From NCBI GenBank assembly GCA_022813865.1, contig JALDZX010000051.1, positions 62,001 to 126,000 of the forward strand: DNA of 64,000 bases, given 5' to 3'. Shown here piece after piece: positions 38,262-50,051 of this stretch; the first letter of the stretch is position 1, and each line of letters begins with the position of its first letter. A program made the translations under genes and the position numbers. This stretch comes from Xylographa opegraphella. Lineage: Eukaryota. The notes under the pieces were generated by a model, which was not told the DNA's origin, ran no database searches, and saw nothing but the letters and a program-made list of their open reading frames with translations.

Positions 38262-38440
38262 CGTACACAGCAGGGGCTATCTAGTGATGATATATGCCCG
38301 GGCATTATATATGCTCTGTTCCGAGGGTGAAGAAACACCGTTGGAAGCGTACGCAGCAGGGTCTGACTAGTGATGATATATGCCCAGACATAATACAGCC
38401 TCCGTTCCCAGGGTGAAGAAGCACCGTTGGCAGAGTACGC
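38262..38440. repeat. Imperfect tandem duplication, period 86 bp (two copies plus the start of a third)
   Basis: CTAGTGATGATATATGCCC at 38281 and 38367; AGGGTGAAGAA-CACCGTTGG in both copies. Confidence 0.9.
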
Positions 38441-41400
38441 GGCTTTGCAGAAGATTCGTCAGACCCTGCCCCGAGAAGCAGGTGGTCGCTGACTCGTATC
38501 GAATAGCCGGGAGTGGTAGCGGAAACTGCCGGGAATAGGTATATTGGAAGTACTATATTGGATCTAAATCTCGATAGTTGTTCAATTTCCATTGACCCAC
38601 TGGAGTGCCAGAGAGATCACAATGCAAGCGCCTTGAAACAGAAAGCGTATTCTATCATGAGCTCAAGCCTGCGAGAGTGAACCTCCGACTTAAAACTGTT
38701 GGAGATCATTGAATGTCCTGTCTCCATTTCTATCTGCACGAAATGCCCAAACGGCGTTGATTTACTATATTGCCATTACGCTCTCCTACTCTAGGGCAGG
38801 CCATCCACAATGGCCTCCTCACGAGGAAGCCACCTATTCCTTTGAAAACAATAGCACTCCATCTCCGCATCCCCCGTACTGAAGCCTGCCGGGCAAAGCC
38901 GGTGGGATGGGAAGACAGGAGAGGGATGTTGGCACTCCGAGACAACAAGACAGCGCGTTTTTGCAGGTACCAGAGAATCGAACACCCCTTGCAGCAAGCG
39001 CCTTGTGGAGAGCCGTATATCAGCGAGGTCGATCCCCATCGATAAACACTGCCACTTCTCCGATTCAAAAAGTTGTAGACTGATAATATCACTCCTCCGA
39101 GGAACAATAAAAGATGCAAACTCAGCCATGATGGCACCCTTCAAAGGGGTAAGACTCAACCCCTCGAACAAATCCGCACAAGCCGACTTGAGCGATGGAA
39201 CTCAGACTTTCACCGCTCTGGCTTACCACCCCCCCCAAACAACCTTCATACCACATACGACTTACCACCTCCATAGTTACCTTACCTTGGTTACAGTTAG
39301 CACCGTAAGGCTTAGTGCTCACAGTGGTGCTGCTCTGGAAAGTCATAATCTGACACACTGGGGCGTCGTTTCAGAGCAATTCGGAGCCCTGAACGAAGCC
39401 TGCTCTTCTCGGCTGATTTGAAGCTTGCTGGTTGGATACGGACGTTTCGTAATGAACGTCGTCGTCGGCAGACCAGGTAGCAGATCTGGGCGACGCGCTG
39501 GCCGCACCTCGCGAACGTCAGACGCCCCGAATATTCTCGCAAGACATCCAGGACAGGCGAGGTGCTGCGGCTGCTCTCACGTCCACGACAGTACATGAGC
39601 ATACTTTGCGGAAGAGGAGTCCCCAGAACTGCGACGCAGCTCTCGGCAACACCGCGAGTCGTGGGCCAAGACTGGTCGTGCAGCAACACCGAACCCCGAG
39701 ATTGCTTGCGGCCTTCTTTCTTTCGTCGACTTGGTGAAAGTCAGTTTTCAGCTTTGAGCCGTTGTGTTCGGTGTTGGATCCTGCCGATGGGATGAGAAAG
39801 GTCTTTTTCCAGCTCTTGAGGTGGATTAGGCCGGATCGGCTCCCAACATTAGAGAGTACCCAGAGAAAGGCCAATGGAGGTCTAGATATTTAGGTTACCT
39901 GATAAATCGTCACGTGTGGAGTTGATTCGGAATGCCAGGTGCTATACGTCTCGTGGAAGGCCTCCGGGCACAAATTGTATACTAGGATTCATAGTGTAAA
40001 GCGAGTTCGGGACACGAGATGTGATACGTATTGTTGAGGGCCTCCGAGGTATCCAAAATCTACAGCACGCTTTCCACCACTACAGAAAGATAATAGAATA
40101 GAGACATACCTTTCGTATGATTCATGTGACAGTATAGTGGCTTGAAGAGTTCGCTTGAATACGATTATTATGGTCCTGTGCCGCACGAATTCCGTGTTGA
40201 CCTATCGAACCATCGTTTAAGCTGATCCGAAAAGTGTTGGGATCCGAGCACTGCTTCTACGATTGAGTTGCCTAAGTTATAGCTCTCCGTAATTCCACGG
40301 AGCGACCGGTCGCTTCTTCACGGCTGTTCTTGTCGAGCTTCGACATCATAAGCTCTTAATGGTCCATCAGGTATACAAGTATCTTTCCAAAATAGCAGGA
40401 ACTAGTTTGTACAAAAGCATAGAGCAGCAAGATAAATGACCAGAGATCAAAGCAATAAGACGGATAATGATAGGATGATAAACTTGCACGGCACTAAACA
40501 AAAGCAGGAGGGGTTTTCCGGTGTGCAGCACAGCCCTGTTGACGAATTGAGACTGACTTTACTGGAGGCATGCAAATCACGCATACATGGAAGAGCTGGA
40601 TTCGGTATCAACTGTACCAGGATCGGATTTAGAACTGGAACAACGAAGTCCAATTGGATATTGAACACAGAGCCAGAACAAAGTCTATCGATGAGGCAAA
40701 GTTTGGAACACTCGAAGTCGCCCAGAGGAAGAAAGGCAACTGCAAGTCAACCAATACATCCGCCTCAGCTCAACTTCACTAAGGACAGAGGTGTAATTGT
40801 AGCCGTGGCGGTGATACAAGCACGCACTGAAGCTCGACATGGCTAGGAAATCGGCATACTCCGTAGACATGACGGATACAAATCCAGGCTTGTCAAGCAA
40901 ACACGATTATGAGAGAATCTGAAGCAACTGCTCGTTGGCTATCGCCAACCAGTAGAAAGTGCCGTCCATATTCGTTCTAAGATGCCGTACGACGCAGTCG
41001 TTACCTAGCACCTGACGTGTACGAAAGCTCCTTTTCCCTCAGCATCCCGTATTGAATGCTCGTCGAAGACCCCTGCGGGTCCAAATACAGCTCATGTTCG
41101 GGAATGCTTCCGCTACGTTGTGCATCGGGCCGAACGAGCTCGCCCAATGCGCCAGCAACAACTTGCCTGCGAGGATGTTTAGAGTTGCTTGCATTGCTGC
41201 AGGTCTCGGAAACGTGGTGAAGCAAGCAACGAGCATGCTGTGGCGATGGCTACCGCTGGCGTGGGTGTTGGTCACATGGCCTTATCTGCGGAACCCGAGA
41301 AAGAGGGTTGCCTCGTGCGCCTCGGGAAGCAGATGTCTTGGTGGATACAGACTTTAGGACATGCAGGTTGAGTTCAACTGTATCTGAGACAATGCGGCAT

Positions 41401-42031
41401 TCACTGAGACTTTGACAGGTGGGAGATCGCAATAGTGGCTGACGGGTGTGGAGGTTAGCACGGGTTGGAGCGGGTGTATGCAAGCAATCAGGCGTCAGAC
41501 ACGACCGATCTGAGACTCTTGGGAAGGACCATCGACCGCCAGCACGTTAACTGTCTTGACACTCTGGCTCGGGAGTCGACTTGTGGCTGATGGCTGGCTT
41601 CCCAGTTGGCCAATATTAGCAGCATACGCTGTCTCTTCACCAAAGTTTGTGGCCAGCAAATAGGTAAGTGGCACCCGAGTCGACTGATACGAGGCAATGC
41701 ATGTCGTGACCGGATACGAAAACACACACTTCTTCAGCTGGAGTGTGCCGAGCGAGCCAAACACTTCGTGTCGTTTTGCCAATCACACAGACCGAGTCGT
41801 TCTCTGAAGCGGCGGTGGTCGTTGTCTCGTGTCAGGGCTGTGCACCTGCAATAGGAAGGTGTACGAATGTGGAGCACAATCCGACACAATCCGAATGCAG
41901 ATGTGCCATGGCGAGGAAGCGGTTAGACTGCCCCGCTAGTTAGTCGGTGCTTGGCGGCCTTCCGAATTCGGCCAGCCGGCAATTGAATGGCAGCTTTTCG
42001 TTAGAACGAGGCCGTGTGCAACTGGGCTCGT

Positions 42032-42061
42032 CCTTACCTTACCTTACCTTACCTTACCTTA
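42032..42061. repeat. (CCTTA)6 pentanucleotide microsatellite
   Basis: Six perfect units read directly. Confidence 0.95.
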
Positions 42062-45000
42062 GCAATCGCTGATTCACGATCTACAACCGAAGCCAAAAAA
42101 AAGGACTGCCGGGATTGCAGATCAAGCTGAACGTCTACGGATCGTCGCCATGGGAGCTGTGAGGGTGCGAATGATTTGGACTGACACTCTCGACTCCTGC
42201 GAAAATCCATGTTTGCATTCTCCATCAATCGTCGCCAGGAGATGGATGCAGTGGAGGGCCAGAAAATCGAAGCACTCGGTGAGTCCGCTGCAGAGCTAGA
42301 GGAGCACTTCACATAGAATCAGGAGGAATCCAATCGTTCAGCGCCTGTGGAGGCAAGCAAGGCCTCCAGCGCGACGTTGCATATGAGCAAGGATTCTGAC
42401 CGTCCAACGATCCTATCAAGTGATGGGTATGACTGCAGGAAGTTTTTCAGGAAACCCACGCATTGGACAGTGGTTATGTCGAATACTCGCTGCTTTGGCA
42501 AGTGCCCGAGCTTGTCGTCGAAGAATCCAAATACTTAGCATGTACGGGACGCTTGAAAGGTTGCGCTTCCACTTCGAAAAACAAGTCGACAACTCCCCGA
42601 CGGAGGCGGACTCGGCGGTTCTATACTTTCGACTGTTAAGCACACAATTGCCTTTTATCGCGAGAATAGATTTGGGTCTCGCTTCTGCACGTCCATTCAA
42701 GAAGGGGGGCGGCGTACCTGCAATACACAGGGGAAGCGTGAGCACCCGCACCATTTTCACGTCACGACACCGCAAGGCGCGAGACCGCGCCTGAAAGGCT
42801 GAAGGGCGAATCCTTGCTTTCGCGCATCCTTGCCCCCGCAAAGAGCTGGACCTCAGTCGACGGTACTTCGCAAGGACTAACTACTCCTAAAAGGAGGACG
42901 ACGACGGTTGGTGGATAGGCGGGCCAGTTACCGACTGGTTCTCCGAATTGGCTTACGAAGCTTTTCCTCTGTTCTCGTCGTGGAAAGCATTGCTTGTCAT
43001 CGCCCTGCTTCTTACTTTTCTGTAGTAATGATAGGTCTCGTGTTGGATTCTCTCCGGGCCTGTGGAGGACTTGAGAGCCTGGGTGGAGCTGCATTCCACC
43101 ACGTAAATTCCTCGAGATGGTCGAGGCTGTCAGCATTGCATTGGCGTGTCTAGAGGGATCCATAATATTGGCTACCGTATGGAGGGATCCTTCCTCTGTT
43201 CTCGTGTTCAAATGTCCATAAGAGGGTAAAATAATAAACCCAGTCCTGCACCATGACGCGTTGCTGTGGAGAAGGGCTGTGGCTCGGTAGGAAGGTTTGT
43301 GCGGTCGGCTGAAAGAACGGGGCGGGAATAGTAGGATTGGCAGGCTTGGAACACCGAGACCGTAGAACAGACACCAAAATTGCCGTCAGTGAACTAAGGT
43401 CCTGTGAAGCTCGAGTCTCGAGGGAGTCCGTCAATGGCTGTTTCCCCACCGCGCGCCGCCTTTCTGCAGTGTAGTTTTCCGGGCAGTGAAAGCCCCCATT
43501 GATAATCCTATCGCTCACGAGCGACGATTTTCAGCACCTGGCACGTCCCGGACATCGTTACTATCACAGCGGGACGGAGGGCATCGGAGGTACTCCGCCA
43601 GATCGATTCGCAGCGGCCGGCGCAGCGGGTTGCTGCTTCGATTGTCGACGATAGCAGGCTGCGGGTCTGCCAACGGGTGAATTGGTCTGTAGTTCCCTAC
43701 CGCAACAAGGGAACGGGTCCTTAGCAGCTTTCGGTACCTGACTTGACCACCCAATTGACTTTCTCGCGGAAGCCAGAGGAGCAGCCACGACCGGGATCGG
43801 GATGGGATCAGCCCTGGTGGAGGTGGACGCCGACCCTTGACAGCCTGTCTAGAGGATGACACCAATCAGTCGGCGTCGCAAGAGCAGCGAGTCGCGACGA
43901 AGCGTACATACCGTGTCTCCCGTGCTGTTGGGCCGCGCTACAGGGTGGGTGGTTTGCTCGACGAATGCTGTTCATCCTCCATCACACCTCACGAGCTTTT
44001 TTGGTTCATCAACGCGTGCCGTCCGGCTGGAAGACTCAGGCCCGGGCCGTGCTGGGATCTTGCTGGATAGGCGTGAAAGGGTGTGCTGCACAGAGCGCCT
44101 GCAGGGGATTCCAGCAGCCAGTGGTCCGCTAGACGAGGTGCCCTGGACCCAGTAGGTCCTGCTGCAGGCCTGCAGGCCGACCAGAAGGGGGCCCCTTTGG
44201 CTTGACGGCGGTCGGGTGAAGTTCGACGGAAGTTCAGGACGAAACGACGCGAGCAAGTCGACACGGGCTGTTGTGTGACGAGGACAGGACACATGAACGA
44301 GGATATGCGATTCAGGGCAATATTGGCCTGCAAGCCCGGCGGGTTTTGGAATGCTTATCCCGAATCGAGGCTTTCGACTTTCGTCTCTAGCAGTGAGAGC
44401 CCGAGAACGGGGACTGTGATATAAGATAGCAACTCTCTGGCCATCCTCCACTACGAGGGTGTGGCGACAAATGGCCGGGTCCTGTTGAGCAAGAGCAAGA
44501 AAGGCATTGGAGAGTGACATTAGAAACCTGACGCCTGCTTTCCTTCGGGGGTGCTGCCAGTAAGTCACATCGCTGTTTCGTGGCCGACTCATGTTGATTG
44601 CTCTGCCCTCCTCTAGCTCAGCGCGGCATTTGTTGTTGTTGATCCATCAATCCATCGTCCTATTGCCAAACCGGCCCCAGCAGACGCCATCCGGTGTGAT
44701 TCGACGGCGCCCTCTCAAGCGTTGCACGTCTGGTAGCACGCTCTCTAGTGCTGCTAGCTTTGCCCTCACGGCCTTATTCACGGCCCCGCGCCGCAAATCC
44801 CATCTCGCTGCAGCCAATAGCCATTTTCATCAATCGGACACTATTTGCTCCTCCGTACCACTGTTCTCAGGCACCACCAACCACCTGCGATCCTCCTTTT
44901 CCTACGCGACTAGTCAAAGCTGACGCCGCATCGGCACTTCTCAGCTGTCGGCCTGTCACCGTGTGTCCGACCGCCTGTCAGAGCTGCAGAGGAGAAGGAG

Positions 45001-45542
45001 AGTTCAACGGTCCTCCTGTGGGTGGCGTATGCTGTACTTCTCGACAACCCCTGCGTCGACGAAGTTCTTTCTATCGCAGTGACTTCAGCAATCATCACAG
45101 TCTTCTCGTCGAAACCCCCCTCTCGACTTTCGATTCCTTTTGCTGTTTCTTCTCCCACTGATCGGCTTTGCTGTGTATGTTTCCCACGGGCCTGCCTCTC
45201 TTCTCCAGAGTCTTATTGGCTGATCTGTCCCGCTCAATCTAGCTCAGCCGTTAACGAACAGGCGCCAGTGATCCCCTGTGGCCGAGGTCGTGCCTCCAGC
45301 TCACATATCTAGATTAAAACCGACCAGCCTTTTTTTGCTTTTCACCTCCTTACCGACCGGATCCTGACCAGGGCCTGACCCATGGTAATGTTGGCTGGCC
45401 TCTCGCGTGGAACGGCCTATTTTCTCGCATTCTGCTGTACTACCTTCCAATCTGGACACTCTATCTACAGCACCGTGAGCGCGTGTTATGCTGGGGTTCC
45501 TGTTGACCCACGGATTGGGGATTTTGTGGACTGATTAGTACA

Positions 45543-48140
45543 ATGTCACTACACGACCTTACCTTCATGCTACCATCCGGTCATCCTTCCGACTCTCTCC
45601 AACATCTACCTCACACTCCCACCTCGTTCATTGAACCTCTACCCCGCTACCGAAGCACGACGACACCATCGACTCATCGACCTCGACCACCGTCTCCGCG
45701 GCGGAGAGCAGTGACCGATATTGACCTCCGACACATAGGGGAGGGAAAAATGTCGGCATTCTCGTCCACAGAGCAACTATCCTCGTTTTCGCCTGACTTG
45801 TCTCGTCGGCCGTCATCACGAGACACAAGATCTTCTGGCATTTCACAATGGGAAGACGTCCGGCCCGACGGTTTAGCGAGGTCGCTTCTGACCAAAAGCT
45901 CGAGGCTTTTACTGAGGAGGAAAAATGGGAAGCTTGGTCAGCCCTCGACCAGAACTTTGGAGTGGCTGGAAGACACCGAGGATGTGACCACCAAACATGT
46001 ACAAGAGCTGTCTAAGCGGAGGAAGTCAAAGCACAGTAGAATAGAGTCCAGTGACTACGGTATTTTGTCCGGCATACCTATAGCCCGAATTTTTGCTAAT
46101 GCATCTACAGAGCACATGCTGAAGCACAGCATCTCTGGTCCTTACAATTTTCAGCATCTCACACATACCGCCGCTCATCAGGCAAAGGCCCTCAAAACCG
46201 CAAGTGCGCACGATTTAGTGACTGAGTTCTCTGCAATACGAGCATCGCAAGCTCCCCGACCAGAATTGAAAGGAATAAAGGCGGACTCTCTCGAGGAAAG
46301 AAAGCGCTCTATGTGGATCGAGTCACCTGGGACGGTTTCCGATACCAACTCAATGGTATCCACAAGTCCAACTAGGCTCCGCCATCAAGGGAGCGAATCA
46401 TCGCGGTTCGGTGGCCCTGAAAATAAGAACATTCGGTACTCCAAATCCACTGACAGCTTCACACGGGCTGTGTCGAGATCTTTCAATTCACCTACGCCGC
46501 CTTTGTCACCACCTCCGCGTCGCTCATCCCGCATGGCAATGACATTGCCCATCACTCACCCATTGCCACTTCAAGATCCGCCAATCGCCCCAGCCTCCGG
46601 AGCGGACTCGCAGTTGATATCTTCGATGAATCCACCGAAAGAGATCAATGCAGCTGATGATAGAGAGTTCAGATTCGATCTGACCGCTATAGCACAAGCT
46701 GTGACAACTCCGGATGATACGGCTTACGTCCTTGGAAATGGTCACCGAGGCTCCCCCGTCACTGGTCTTGCTGATGTTCCAGAAGAAGACGAGGTTATTT
46801 CTCGAATTCGAAATTCTATCAGTTCGCGGCCGCCCACTGCTAATTCTATTCGCCACACAAAATCTTTCCCTAGCGCCGAGTTCTCAATTACAAAGTCATC
46901 AAGCAATTTGCCTCGAATTCAGTCTGACATGCAGATGTCTCTATATGGACATTGTGGTACCACTTCGGATCCAACGCTGCCCGTATTCAACGAGCCAGCA
47001 CATGATATTCCCATCCGGCCTCGCATGTCTCGCAGAATATCCACGGGCATCAAGGGACTGGACACCAGTTGGGAAGACGACATTGACTTCTGTTACGAGC
47101 ACGCTGCAGAGGCCGATTCGGCTTTTGATTGGCAAAAGATCTTGAATGAAGAAATCAACCCAACTGGCGATGATGCTCACCGCGATAGCGCCGGCAACAC
47201 ATCCAACTTTGGCCAGATCATGAACTTCCCGCTCAGCCCACCTTCCGAGCTCACCGACGAGACAGAAACCCCTCTGGCGCTGTCTGAGAGACCTTCGTCG
47301 TACTTCTCAACCTTCCAGAATTCATCTCGTCCGATGACTTTAATGTCTGAAACCACCTCTACCTCCGGCTCTTTGTGGTCGTCGTCGGTCTCCATGCCCG
47401 GTGCCATCACTCCGGCAGAGCCAGCATTTGTATCTCAGACAGTCACCGTGCCAAGAACCTCATCAGGAACCATGATGTTCCCTCTCAGTCCCTCACTTCT
47501 AATCCCCACCGAGTATGTCTCTCGTGTAACGCACGAAGAGACCTTTCATCACAAGCTCACGGATAGAGACTCCTCGAAGGGTTCCTACCTAACATATAAT
47601 ACGAAATCCTTTGAAGTTGAACCTACTCACCACTACTCTACTACCACATCCTCACCGTTGCGCAAAAGCACCTCTCAAGAAAGTGCTCTTCCTGGTGGAA
47701 CACCTTCTGTCGGATCCCACCATTACACCACCAGCTCTGTCGGGAGCTTGCCGGAACTCGTGCACAGTGGAACCAGGCGTGAAAAAGGCATGTTCGCGCA
47801 TGAATCACTCGCTGATCATATCGCGTTGCTCAATATCGGCAAACACCCGGCAAAGCTTGGCATGATTGTTGATGCTACCCGACAGAAATTTATCAGGGAC
47901 GCTACTACTGCGGAGAATATTGAAGAGGAAGAAGCACCGATTGTCTTACCCGTGGTGCATCCTCGTCCGAAGGCATCTTCGGAGTCCATCAGTCGGTCTT
48001 CTACTACCGCACAGCCGATGCCACTGGAATCTTTCACCACCACACGCAACCGTTCTTCCAGCGTCGGCACCGCACTTTCAGGGAAAAGCAAGTCGACTCG
48101 GACCTCGTATAGTCTGTTTCCGACCGTGGCTGCTAGATGA
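45543..48140 (+). CDS. S/P/T-rich, probably disordered protein with a CRIB (Cdc42/Rac-binding) motif; 5' end uncertain
   Basis: 865-aa ORF; CRIB consensus ISGPYNFQHLTH; conserved-looking blocks LVTEFSAIRASQ and SWEDDIDFCYEHAAEADSAFDW; probable in-frame intron 46060-46110. Confidence 0.8.
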   Translation: MSLHDLTFMLPSGHPSDSLQHLPHTPTSFIEPLPRYRSTTTPSTHRPRPPSPRRRAVTDIDLRHIGEGKMSAFSSTEQLSSFSPDLSRRPSSRDTRSSGISQWEDVRPDGLARSLLTKSSRLLLRRKNGKLGQPSTRTLEWLEDTEDVTTKHVQELSKRRKSKHSRIESSDYGILSGIPIARIFANASTEHMLKHSISGPYNFQHLTHTAAHQAKALKTASAHDLVTEFSAIRASQAPRPELKGIKADSLEERKRSMWIESPGTVSDTNSMVSTSPTRLRHQGSESSRFGGPENKNIRYSKSTDSFTRAVSRSFNSPTPPLSPPPRRSSRMAMTLPITHPLPLQDPPIAPASGADSQLISSMNPPKEINAADDREFRFDLTAIAQAVTTPDDTAYVLGNGHRGSPVTGLADVPEEDEVISRIRNSISSRPPTANSIRHTKSFPSAEFSITKSSSNLPRIQSDMQMSLYGHCGTTSDPTLPVFNEPAHDIPIRPRMSRRISTGIKGLDTSWEDDIDFCYEHAAEADSAFDWQKILNEEINPTGDDAHRDSAGNTSNFGQIMNFPLSPPSELTDETETPLALSERPSSYFSTFQNSSRPMTLMSETTSTSGSLWSSSVSMPGAITPAEPAFVSQTVTVPRTSSGTMMFPLSPSLLIPTEYVSRVTHEETFHHKLTDRDSSKGSYLTYNTKSFEVEPTHHYSTTTSSPLRKSTSQESALPGGTPSVGSHHYTTSSVGSLPELVHSGTRREKGMFAHESLADHIALLNIGKHPAKLGMIVDATRQKFIRDATTAENIEEEEAPIVLPVVHPRPKASSESISRSSTTAQPMPLESFTTTRNRSSSVGTALSGKSKSTRTSYSLFPTVAAR

Positions 48141-48749
48141 GCTCTCCCTCAAAATGCCAGGTGCCTTTTTACGAATAATTGGAATTGTACTTTATCCAAC
48201 CAATTTCCCTATCGACTTTCGATTTCTCCGACATTTTTGTTCATCTATGTACTACATGCGACACATCTTACCGTTTCCTTGTCATCATGCTACGATTAAT
48301 GAAGCCTAGACGGACGTTCCTGGTGCACGGCGCACTTGTTAGACCTTATTGTGTATTTAGACCTATCGGAACGGGTGTTGTACAGCCACGGGACCAATAT
48401 CGGGGTTCTGGGTCTGGCTGACCTTTGGGAAATCGGTACGGTGCGGGTCTACCGCCGAGAAAATGCAGGAACGGAAGGGAAGGAAAAGCTGATTTTTTTG
48501 GACCGAGTGTTTTTGTGCGGTCGCGGAGGGTTGATACGATATCGTGGTAGTTTTCCTCGTCGTTGGTAGCTGTTTATAGGCCTGCAGTAATCTAGTCTGC
48601 CGTCGGAAATAAGACATCTGTATCCCCCATATTTTGCCCGACTTCTTTCCGGTTGCTGAAGGCCATTCGACACCTCGTGCCGAACATGCCAGCTCGGCCA
48701 AGTCATCGTCGGACCTTCCTCGTGTAGCCTCCGAACACCTTTCCTCCTG

Positions 48750-49540
48750 AGCAAACCCCCTCCACACAACCGAATCCCCGCAACTCCCCTATCCTCTCAC
48801 CCCCCCCCAAAACCCCCCACCTATCACGTTCCCCCGCACACCCTCTATCCATTCACTCATACGGCCCCCAAAACCCCCCAATTCCTCCCACGCCCACCCC
48901 CCCCGGCACAACCAGCGGCCCCTTTCCTCGGCGCTTTTCCCAGCACCCCACCGCACCACCACGGCGCCTTTCCCTCCCACTCCCTCCCTCCGTCTTACCC
49001 CCGTGCCCGGAAGGCAGAGTCGCCAAGAGCCCAGAGCGCCCTGCGCATGCAGCGCGACATCGCGCATTCCCGTTCTCATTCGCATCCGCAGTCGTCGTCG
49101 TCGTCGTCGTCGTCGGGAAGGGAAAAGCCCACTGCGTGCATGCATGCATGCATGCGGGTGGCAGTTTTGTGGATGGGGGGGGGTGCGAGGTCCCGGGTGT
49201 GTGGCTCGTGGGTGGGTTGGGGGCCGTACCTAGGGGGTGGGGGGGGGGAAATAATGAGGGGGACAAGGCAGGGGGGGGTTGCTTGGGGCTGGCTGGCTGG
49301 GTCTTTGCGGCGGCGGGTGTGCGGCTGAAGCGGAATTTGGGGCGGGCGGCTATTTTGCGGCTGGGCTGTGCCGCGGGCTGACGCGCAGGTGCGCCTTTGT
49401 GGAGTGCTGGCGTGAGGTGAGGGTGATGGGCTGGGATTAAGGGGCTGACTGGCTGTCTGCCGTGTCCGTGGTAGGACGGTGGGTGGTATGGGTAGGAAGT
49501 AGGAGAGAGCGGCGCGTTGTGTTTGGTGTTGTTGAGAGAC
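48750..49540. other. GC-rich low-complexity island: C/A-rich left arm, (GTC)8 and (TGCA)4 core, G/T-rich right arm
   Basis: Many C runs of 4-9 nt at 48750-49000; (GTC)8 at 49091-49114; (TGCA)4 at 49137-49152; many G runs at 49170-49290. No credible ORF. Confidence 0.85.
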
Positions 49541-50051
49541 CCATGGATGGATGATCATCTGGCGAGATTTGATATCCTACCTGTGCAACTCACAGTAGCC
49601 AGTCCTGATCATTTCTAGAAGTGGGAGCTACGCCCGAGGATGCGGGGGAAAGCTTTGATTTACGATCGGATATCGTAACCAGTAAATCGATTACAAATGC
49701 CGCGTCTTTAGAACCGAGAATGTGTTCCACCTTCGGCTGGCCCAATGCCAACGCTTTTGCATAATTTCCAAACCGCAAAGGATCACGGATACTGTTATTA
49801 TAGAGATATATACGAACTTGATGCACACCCCAGCATTCAAAACAATACGGATGTTCGCTGTGATGCTACACGCTGATGATGAACCGCCGAATGTATTGCT
49901 CGATCTTTGTATCCAAGCCCTAGGCACGGAGACAGAATGGTCAGAGGACCCGGTATACCTATGTAGCAAGTCGTCCACCCCGAAGTGCCATTCTCATCCA
50001 ACCAGGCCCCAGTTTCCAAAGCATGACGCCTCCCGTCCTGAAACGCAAATC

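Noticed and set aside
38262..38440. CRISPR-like or LTR interpretation of the tandem repeats (also 5383-5506)
   Set aside because: Only two adjacent diverged copies with no unique spacers, no cas or transposon genes, and no target-site duplications; the context is eukaryotic.
48426..49540. Telomerase RNA or RNase P/MRP RNA in or next to the GC island (TGGGAAATCGGT at 48426 resembles RNase P CR-I)
   Set aside because: No TAACCCTAA-type template on either strand, and I could not find the matching P4/CR-V partner; a single imperfect motif is insufficient.
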